52,949 nucleotides of DNA from a virus (taxonomy: Duplodnaviria; Caudoviricetes), in IMG/VR virus record IMGVR_UViG_3300031841_001392, positions 1 to 52,949 of that record, one strand, 5' to 3'. The position numbers and the translations under genes are program-made. Below the pieces are notes generated by a model. It was not told the DNA's origin and did no database searches. It saw only the letters and a program-made list of their open reading frames with translations. This document shows positions 18,542 to 24,850 of this stretch, piece after piece; the first letter of the stretch is position 1; every line of letters begins with the position of its first letter.

Positions 18542-18688
18542 ATGACTACTTCAGAACGTAAGGCAGTGCTGCGGTTCAACCGCCGCCGTCTTTTCCTTAA
18601 CCGAATGATCATGCGAAAGCGTGCATTCATTTCATCAATCCGCAGGGCTTTGCAATCGCAGGGCAGTGCATCAATCGGGAGTCTGTAA
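18542..18688 (+). CDS. Unannotated 48-aa Arg-rich peptide (MTTSERKAVLRFNRRRLFLNRMIMRKRAFISSIRRALQ...)
   Basis: GGAG RBS; TAATG overlap with the next ORF. Confidence 0.6.
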   Translation: MTTSERKAVLRFNRRRLFLNRMIMRKRAFISSIRRALQSQGSASIGSL

Positions 18689-18888
18689 TGACAACAACCT
18701 TTACCATTTCGAGAATGCCTGTCGGCAGCGGGTTCCAAGTGACCCAACAAATTGGTGATCGCAGACCAGTGATCATCGCCCACTCACGCAGTGCTGATGA
18801 CGCTCAGAGCTTTGCTTGGCAAAGATTGTCTGACGCGACTGACCGTGGGCGTGAGGCTTTCATAACCATCGACATGCGAGGGTCTTAA
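18688..18888 (+). CDS. Small early protein (66 aa)
   Basis: GGGAG RBS; coupled to the upstream ORF. Confidence 0.65.
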   Translation: MTTTFTISRMPVGSGFQVTQQIGDRRPVIIAHSRSADDAQSFAWQRLSDATDRGREAFITIDMRGS

Positions 18889-18890
18889 AC

Positions 18891-19058
18891 ATGGAAGAAC
18901 GTGTTGATCTTGAGCGGGGGCGCGTGTCGTTCCTAGACCTTGCCACTGGGCAGGTTGAATACACTGGCAACGTGCATGCTGTTTCAGTATGCGTCGTTCC
19001 TAACTTTGACCGCTTCGAGGATTTCGAGGCTTGGGTTGACGATCTACTTTCCAACTGA
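18891..19058 (+). CDS. Unannotated 55-aa acidic early protein (MEERVDLERG...AWVDDLLSN)
   Basis: GAGG RBS; TGA stop lies inside the CTGATGA core of hammerhead 1. Confidence 0.6.
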   Translation: MEERVDLERGRVSFLDLATGQVEYTGNVHAVSVCVVPNFDRFEDFEAWVDDLLSN

Positions 19059-19116
19059 TGAGTGCTGGATGGTAACCAGCCGAAACCGCGCAGGAGGCGC
19101 GGTCTTGGAAAACCAA
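19048..19116 (+). ncRNA. Type I hammerhead ribozyme, copy 1
   Basis: Stem I TTTCCAA/TTGGAAA; CTGATGA 19055-61; stem II GCTGG/CCAGC; GAAA 19082-85; stem III CCGCGC/GCGCGG; GTC cleavage triplet ending at 19104. Confidence 0.92.
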
Positions 19117-19130
19117 TCGGGAGTTTGTAA

Positions 19131-19247
19131 ATGACAGACCAACAAATCATCAGCCTGTTTGATTCTTCAAACATCACGCTGCGGGAGCTGGCAGCAATTA
19201 GTGGGCGCTCAATCGCTCAACTAAAAACCTTGCTGATGGGGGCTTAA
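19131..19247 (+). CDS. Unannotated 38-aa HTH-like peptide (MTDQQIISLFDSSNITLRELAAISGRSIAQLKTLLMGA)
   Basis: GGGAG RBS; TLRELAAISGRSIAQL fits a helix-turn-helix pattern; lies between the two ribozymes. Confidence 0.65.
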   Translation: MTDQQIISLFDSSNITLRELAAISGRSIAQLKTLLMGA

Positions 19248-19300
19248 ACAATGCTTAAGTTTCAAAGCTGGGGCGCTGGTGAGCGCATACGCTTCTAACA

Positions 19301-19366
19301 TTCCAACTGACGAGGCTGGGTGGTTCTCAGCCGAAACCGCGCAGGAGGGCGGTCTTGGAAAACCAA
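19301..19366 (+). ncRNA. Type I hammerhead ribozyme, copy 2
   Basis: Stem I TTCCAA/TTGGAA; CTGACGA 19307-13; stem II GGCTGGG/CTCAGCC; GAAA 19333-36; stem III CCGC/GCGG; GTC ending at 19354; loop II TGGTT complementary to 3' AACCA. Confidence 0.92.
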
Positions 19367-19390
19367 TACAACAACTTGGAGTGACATACT

Positions 19391-20563
19391 ATGTCCATTA
19401 ACGCATCAAAGGTCAGCCCTTCGCAGGCCTCAGAAATGCTGCTGGCACACGCCATCAGTCAACTATCTGGCGGCAAGCGCCACAAGCCCGTGTATCTCTG
19501 GGGCACCTACGGCGTTGGCAAATCATCCATCGTCAAACAATTGATCACCAAGCTTAGCGCCCACTTTGATAAGCCTGTCGGCTTGCTAGATGTTCGCCTG
19601 TCACAGTTTGACGCAGTCGATACTCGCGGCATCCCGTACATTCGTGACCAGCGCGATGCGCTCGATACGGTGGGTAATGACGAGATTGCTGGCATGAGTG
19701 ACGAGGTAAGACGCGCTGCCTATCAGCTATTGTCGGCTGGGCCATCGAAGACTACCGAGTGGTCTACGCCATCATGGCTGCCCAATGTGGCGCGTGACGG
19801 CGAGTTCGGCATCCTGTTCTTGGATGAGATACAGCTTGCATGCCAGTCGGTCAAAAATGCTGGCTACCAGTTGCTTAATGAGTTCCGCTTGGGCGACTAC
19901 ATCTTGCCTGCTGGCTGGTTTGTCATTGCCGCATCCAACCGTCCCAATGACGGCGCTGGTGTGTCTGGGCGTATGGATGCTGCTGTGAGCACCCGCTTTA
20001 AGTATCACTTAGATGTTATGCCATCCGCTGCTGAGACCACCGATTACTTCCAAGATATTGGGGTTCGCCCAGAGGTAATCGCGTTCCTGAAGTTTCGCGG
20101 TGAGGCTGTCGGTGATCAGGCCGGACTCATTCATGAGTTCCCTAATGGCGGCACCGCAAAGGACAAGGTTGCCATCGCTACCCCGCGAACATGGGAATCT
20201 GTCAGCGACATCCTTGACGATGGTATGGCGGCTGATCTGGAGCACATCGCCATTGAGGGCGCTATCGGCGCTGGCGCTGCTGGCGAGTTTGTCGCCTTTC
20301 TCCGCACCATGCGTAACCTGCCAGACATCAACTTGTTTCTGTCAGATCCGCACAACGTGCCACTGCCCAATGAGATCACCACTCAGTATGCAGTGACCGC
20401 TGCGCTGGCTGCGCGGGTGACCGCCGACAACCTTGGCAATGGCGTGACCGTTGTGTCCCGCATCAACAACGAACTGCTGGAGGTGTTCTGGATACTGGCA
20501 ACGCGCCGTGACCCAGACCTTAAGGCTTCACCTGAGTATGTCGCCCACAAGGCAACGTACTAA
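19391..20563 (+). CDS. MoxR/CbbQ-like AAA+ ATPase
   Basis: GTYGVGKS Walker A, ILFLDEI Walker B, IAASN sensor 1, STRF, ATPRTW. Confidence 0.9.
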   Translation: MSINASKVSPSQASEMLLAHAISQLSGGKRHKPVYLWGTYGVGKSSIVKQLITKLSAHFDKPVGLLDVRLSQFDAVDTRGIPYIRDQRDALDTVGNDEIAGMSDEVRRAAYQLLSAGPSKTTEWSTPSWLPNVARDGEFGILFLDEIQLACQSVKNAGYQLLNEFRLGDYILPAGWFVIAASNRPNDGAGVSGRMDAAVSTRFKYHLDVMPSAAETTDYFQDIGVRPEVIAFLKFRGEAVGDQAGLIHEFPNGGTAKDKVAIATPRTWESVSDILDDGMAADLEHIAIEGAIGAGAAGEFVAFLRTMRNLPDINLFLSDPHNVPLPNEITTQYAVTAALAARVTADNLGNGVTVVSRINNELLEVFWILATRRDPDLKASPEYVAHKATY

Positions 20564-20615
20564 ACCCAACAGGGGCTTCGGCCCCTCCACCTTATTTATT
20601 TTGGAGTAAATACCT

Positions 20616-21491
20616 ATGGACAAGATCCAGAACAACGCAATGCTGATCGCCGCGACGATCAAGAAATTCTCAAACAGCCGCAAAGACACCAGCATATCTG
20701 CTGAGGTTGCCGCGACTAAGAACGCCAACCCCAAGGTCATTACCGTGACCAAGAAACTGCTCGACGCACCCGCCGTTAAGGCACTCAACCGTATCGCTGG
20801 GCAGCTTCGCAACTCAGTGCTCAACCCCCTGACCATGCCTTGGGAAGACGGTGTGCGCCTGATCACCGTTGACCAGATCGAAACATTCGAGGCTGAGTGG
20901 GACAAGAAAGTAGACCGCGCTGAAGAGCTAAAGCGCGAGGTCATTACCGAGTGGCCCAACATACTCAAACGTGCCAAGAAAGACCTTGGTGATTCTTTCG
21001 ATATCTCAGAGCTACCCAGTGCTGAGTTTGTCGCTGGCAGTTACCAATTCAGCTACATACTACGCGCCATGCCCGACTCCGGTGATATCAGGGTCAACCT
21101 GCCTGCCGACAAGATCGCCAAGATCAAGGCTCAGGCCGAGTCCGATATCAACAAGCGCGTCGAGTCTGCTGCTGAGTCTGTGCATGAGCGCGTGATCGAC
21201 ACCTTGCAGTCTCTGGTTGACGGCCTAGAGCGGCACGGTAGCAAGCCTGCTGGTGCCAAACGTGCAAGCAAGTTTGCAGATACTACTGTCGAGAATATCG
21301 AGAAGCTTGCTCAGGTTTTGCCTTCACTCAACATTACCGGCGACCCCAAGCTTACGCAGGCAAGCAACGCTATTCTGTCTCAGCTTAACGGCCTAGATCC
21401 TCAGCGGCTGCGCGACTCTTCGAGTGAGCGTCAGGCTGTTGCCAACAAGGCCAAGTCGATTGTCGATAACCTCACTGGCCTTTGGGATTAA
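20616..21491 (+). CDS. DUF3150-like helical protein
   Basis: KKLLD...TMPWEDGVRLI...LPSLNITGDPKL; sits between the AAA and vWA genes as is typical for this family. Confidence 0.6.
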   Translation: MDKIQNNAMLIAATIKKFSNSRKDTSISAEVAATKNANPKVITVTKKLLDAPAVKALNRIAGQLRNSVLNPLTMPWEDGVRLITVDQIETFEAEWDKKVDRAEELKREVITEWPNILKRAKKDLGDSFDISELPSAEFVAGSYQFSYILRAMPDSGDIRVNLPADKIAKIKAQAESDINKRVESAAESVHERVIDTLQSLVDGLERHGSKPAGAKRASKFADTTVENIEKLAQVLPSLNITGDPKLTQASNAILSQLNGLDPQRLRDSSSERQAVANKAKSIVDNLTGLWD

Positions 21492-21504
21492 CGGAGAAAT
21501 ACTT

Positions 21505-22836
21505 ATGTCAGCGTTAAACATTATGTTGAAAGCTCGACGGCGCATGCTGCGCGAGTTTCCATACTTTGGCTTCCGACTGCATCAGCTACTGCTGGTGCCG
21601 TCAACCAAGACCTCTACGATGGCAACCGATGGAAAGGCTATCTACTTCAACGAGAAGTGGGTGCCTGAGCAGTACGCCATCCACGGTTACAAGTTCATCA
21701 TGACCGTACTGGCTCATGAGATCATGCACGTTGATGGGTTCCATCACCTGCGTAAGGGCAGCCGTGACCACAAGCTTTGGAATGAGGCCGCCGACTACGC
21801 CATCAACTACGCGCTAGTGCGTGAGGGCTTTGAGGTTCACGATGGCCTGTACAGCACCGACTACATTGGCAAGTCTGCCGAACAGGTGTACACCATCCTC
21901 GAAAGCCAGCGCAGCACTGAGGCCGACAAGCCCAGCACTGGCAACGGTGGCGCTGACGATGATGACTCAGGCGATGGCGCTGCCGATGGGGATGCCCCTG
22001 ATCAAGGCGACAACGGCTCTGAGGGCGGCCCTGACGGCGATACTGGCGATGCTGGCGACACTGGCACCTCTGGTGACGGCGACGGCCCTGCTGACCCTGA
22101 CGCGCCTTGGGGCGAAGTCTGGGAAGGCACCAACAATGACGGCACCCCGATGTCTGCTGACCAGAAAGCTTCTGTGCAGCGCGAGATCACCAGCCAGATA
22201 TTCGAAGCTGCCAAGGCTCAGGATAAAATCAAGGGCAAAGGCGAGGGCCGAGGCGCTGCTGTTGACCAGATCATCAGTGGCGTATCCGGTGACCCAGTCC
22301 CTTGGTTCGAGCATCTCAAGGATGCGTTCTCCGACTATGTTCTGACTGAGCACACCTTTGCTCGACCAGAGCGCCGACTGCTCTCGCAGGGCATGATCTT
22401 GCCGACGCAGGAGCGTGAGCCTAACGGCGAGCTTGTTGTGTCGGTAGACACCAGCGGATCAATAGGCCAAGACGAGCTAGACGCTATTGCAGGCCATGTG
22501 CAGGACATCATTGATGAGATCAACCCGATCAAGACTGTGGTGATCTACTGCCACCATGTCCTCTGCGGCGTTGAGGAGTTTGATCGGCATGAGGATCTAA
22601 CGCTCAGGATTCCTGAGACTGGCGGCACGGCATTCAACCCACCGTTCAACTATGTTGCGCGTGAGGGCTTGGAGCCATGCGCGATGATCTACTTCACCGA
22701 TGGCTGGGGTGACGTTGGGCCAGACGGCTGGCACGACTTCAGTGAGCCTGACTATCCGGTGATCTGGGCAACGACAGACCGTGAGCCTTTCTTCGCTGGG
22801 TGCGAACCCTTCGGTGAGGTGATACGGGTTACATAA
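21505..22836 (+). CDS. Metallopeptidase + vWA domain protein (DUF2201-like)
   Basis: TMATDG, LAHEIMH (HExxH), WNEAADYAIN, acidic linker, DTSGSI MIDAS, GGTAF, YFTDG. Start set at ATG 21505 (GGAG RBS). Confidence 0.88.
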   Translation: MSALNIMLKARRRMLREFPYFGFRLHQLLLVPSTKTSTMATDGKAIYFNEKWVPEQYAIHGYKFIMTVLAHEIMHVDGFHHLRKGSRDHKLWNEAADYAINYALVREGFEVHDGLYSTDYIGKSAEQVYTILESQRSTEADKPSTGNGGADDDDSGDGAADGDAPDQGDNGSEGGPDGDTGDAGDTGTSGDGDGPADPDAPWGEVWEGTNNDGTPMSADQKASVQREITSQIFEAAKAQDKIKGKGEGRGAAVDQIISGVSGDPVPWFEHLKDAFSDYVLTEHTFARPERRLLSQGMILPTQEREPNGELVVSVDTSGSIGQDELDAIAGHVQDIIDEINPIKTVVIYCHHVLCGVEEFDRHEDLTLRIPETGGTAFNPPFNYVAREGLEPCAMIYFTDGWGDVGPDGWHDFSEPDYPVIWATTDREPFFAGCEPFGEVIRVT

Positions 22837-22838
22837 CA

Positions 22839-22973
22839 GCGGCAATAGCCGCGACCCATCCTAGCCACGATGTAAAACTTGCACGATGCGTCCTGAGTAT
22901 GACGAGAAAAACTGCTCACGCTGATTTCAGTGTAGTGCCTACCTTGGTGGTCACTACGGTGCAATCCGCACCG
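22839..22973 (+). ncRNA. Intergenic structured RNA including an H-type pseudoknot
   Basis: S1 CGTC/GACG 22889-22904; S2 TGAGTA/TGCTCA 22894-22918; flanking hairpins. Confidence 0.45.
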
Positions 22974-23006
22974 CAACCCATTACTTATTTTTTGGAGAAT
23001 AGTGAT

Positions 23007-23351
23007 ATGAGATTCGAGATTACGTTAACGCTGGCAGTGGTATGCGCTGCTTTGTCTGCGCTTATGGCGCTGCTGGGATACGAGTACTCTTTCGGCAGCG
23101 GGTTCGGGTTAACGCCCGTGATCGCATTCCCCGCGATGATCGCGTTGTGGTTTGTTCCGGTTTGGTTTGTTTACAGCAACCGCACACCTTCGGTTGAGCA
23201 AGAGCTTTTGGAAAATTACCTCAATGACCTGCGTTACTGGGCAGGCACTGGTTCGGTGAATTACTTCACCAATGGCACCCCTTACTTTGAGACTAGTGAG
23301 GAGCTTATGGATTACATCAAACTCGTAGAAACCGCCGTGGAGGGCAAATAG
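23007..23351 (+). CDS. Membrane protein with two predicted TM segments
   Basis: GGAG RBS before MRFEITLTLAVVCAALSALMALLG; second hydrophobic stretch VIAFPAMIALWFVPVWFVY. Confidence 0.65.
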   Translation: MRFEITLTLAVVCAALSALMALLGYEYSFGSGFGLTPVIAFPAMIALWFVPVWFVYSNRTPSVEQELLENYLNDLRYWAGTGSVNYFTNGTPYFETSEELMDYIKLVETAVEGK

Positions 23352-23352
23352 T

Positions 23353-23586
23353 ATGGATAATCAAGAGAAGTTTGAGAAGGTGAGCATGGCGCTTCACGAA
23401 GCCCTGCCCGATGATTTAGAGGGTGGGTGGGAGATCGCCAGAATCATTGGCATGGTCTTGCTCACCTACAAGGTCAGCTCTCCAGCAGAGGCTGCACTGA
23501 TCTGCGTAGAGGCTGCCAGCGAATACAGCGACTGGCTAGTCGAGCAGTTAGAAGAATGCACCTGCTCACCAGAGGAGATGCATTGA
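23353..23586 (+). CDS. Hypothetical acidic protein
   Basis: GGAGG RBS; 77 aa. Confidence 0.65.
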   Translation: MDNQEKFEKVSMALHEALPDDLEGGWEIARIIGMVLLTYKVSSPAEAALICVEAASEYSDWLVEQLEECTCSPEEMH

Positions 23587-23723
23587 TGTGTGATCGACCC
23601 GACAGTTCGTTTCACAACCCATACGAGTATGACGCAGAATACTGCGATGCGTGTGGCGCTGAGATGTACGAAGATGAGGACGAAGAGGGCCGAATGTTAC
23701 CGTTCTGCCCAGACTGTCCATAG
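23586..23723 (+). CDS. 45-aa Zn-ribbon peptide
   Basis: TGATG overlap, GAGGAG RBS; CDAC...CPDC. Confidence 0.6.
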   Translation: MCDRPDSSFHNPYEYDAEYCDACGAEMYEDEDEEGRMLPFCPDCP

Positions 23724-23976
23724 TTGACCGCTGGAGTGTATTAGGTTCTAATCACCGGACTCCTGCTCTCCCCACCCCCTGCCAAGCCTCTCCAGCTTGG
23801 TTAGGGGGAACCCCCCCTAGTTTATTGACCAGTCAATAAGTAAAAAAGTTTGCGTCCTGCATGCTTTACAACTCCCATATGAAAACAACATTTAGATAGC
23901 TCGACACCAAACAGGTACATCTTGCGCCCAAAATCTGGGATGAGTCCCAGTATCGTGTTAGTCATCCTGCCCCACG

Positions 23977-24358
23977 GTTTTTGATAGCCCACCTACAACT
24001 GTGTTTTGCATCACCACTGGCACACATAACACCGCTATTGGTAACGGCGCTGGTAACGTAGCGACGGGTACTTACAACACGGCTATAGGTGACCAGCGGT
24101 ATCAGTTCCTACAGGCTGTTTTTGATAGCCACCCCCAAGCCGGACAGAAAATACACCAAGGGTCACAAAAACATTTCTGTCGGTGATAAAAATATTTATG
24201 TCGGTAGTACCGGACAGACAGACACCCCTATGGGGTGGTGTCTGTCTGTCCGTCCTGACTGGTTTATATATTCCTGCTCAGTCGGCAAGACCACAGGTAT
24301 CTACAACACACCTATAGGTGCTATGTGGAATAAGGCTTTGCGGGGTTTTTTGATAGCC
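23977..24358 (+). repeat. Structured array: three TTTTTGATAGCC repeats interleaved with tail-fibre-like TTGxxNTxIG cassettes and hairpins
   Basis: GATAGCC preceded by T5/T6 at 23983, 24124, 24352; cassettes at 24013, 24061, 24155, 24206, 24290; perfect 16-bp inverted repeat 24211-24252. Confidence 0.75.
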
Positions 24359-24418
24359 AGTTATTCGCTACCAACTTTCCAACTTTTTACGCGAATGTGC
24401 GTAAGTTGCTTGTGGTTG

Positions 24419-24850
24419 CTAAACCGAATCTAGGACGGTTGTCAGAGTCTCTATGTCAGACAGCGAGTCGGTTGGCTTGTCCTCTACTATCATCAGGTAG
24501 GTCAGGGAGGCTGCATGCTCCCCAAATTCTTTTGCAATTCTTTTGAACGTGCGACTGAGCATCAGGATTTGTTCGTTGCGATTTCCCCGATGCCCACCAC
24601 TGTGCGTAGCGGTCATGTCTGGACTCTTGAGGTAAACGCCAGCCTGAACAGCTTGCGAAAGTATTCTCTCGGCAGCTTGGTGGTGCCTAATCGTTATGTA
24701 TTTCTTGAGCAGTAAATGATCAATGAATGTCTGGTCAGCAACACGGGCGCGGCCTATACCGCTATCGGATTCCTCCAAGGCGATGACATGGCGGCGGTGG
24801 AGTGCCGCCGTGCCAATGTCGTTAACCTTAGATTTCAACGTCCCACTCAT
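24419..24850 (-). CDS. DUF6456-like protein, possible late-transcription regulator
   Basis: RARVADQTFIDHLLLKKYITIRHHQAAERI pattern; directly downstream of primase-helicase. Function is inference. Confidence 0.5.
   Translation of the reverse strand: MSGTLKSKVNDIGTAALHRRHVIALEESDSGIGRARVADQTFIDHLLLKKYITIRHHQAAERILSQAVQAGVYLKSPDMTATHSGGHRGNRNEQILMLSRTFKRIAKEFGEHAASLTYLMIVEDKPTDSLSDIETLTTVLDSV

Noticed and set aside
18940-19544. ORFs 18940-19134 and 19320-19544 sharing SRNRAGG
   Set aside because: The similarity is just the translated hammerhead duplicate; other frames have proper RBSs.
23977-24358. CRISPR array interpretation of the TTTTTGATAGCC repeats
   Set aside because: Only three 12-13 bp repeats, spaced 141 and 228 bp apart; no cas operon. 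The Cas4-like gene is a typical phage exonuclease beside an annealase.
24001-24433. Canonical diversity-generating retroelement
   Set aside because: No reverse transcriptase motif seen in the window, and differences from the visible fibre repeats are not confined to adenines. Retained only as an analogy.
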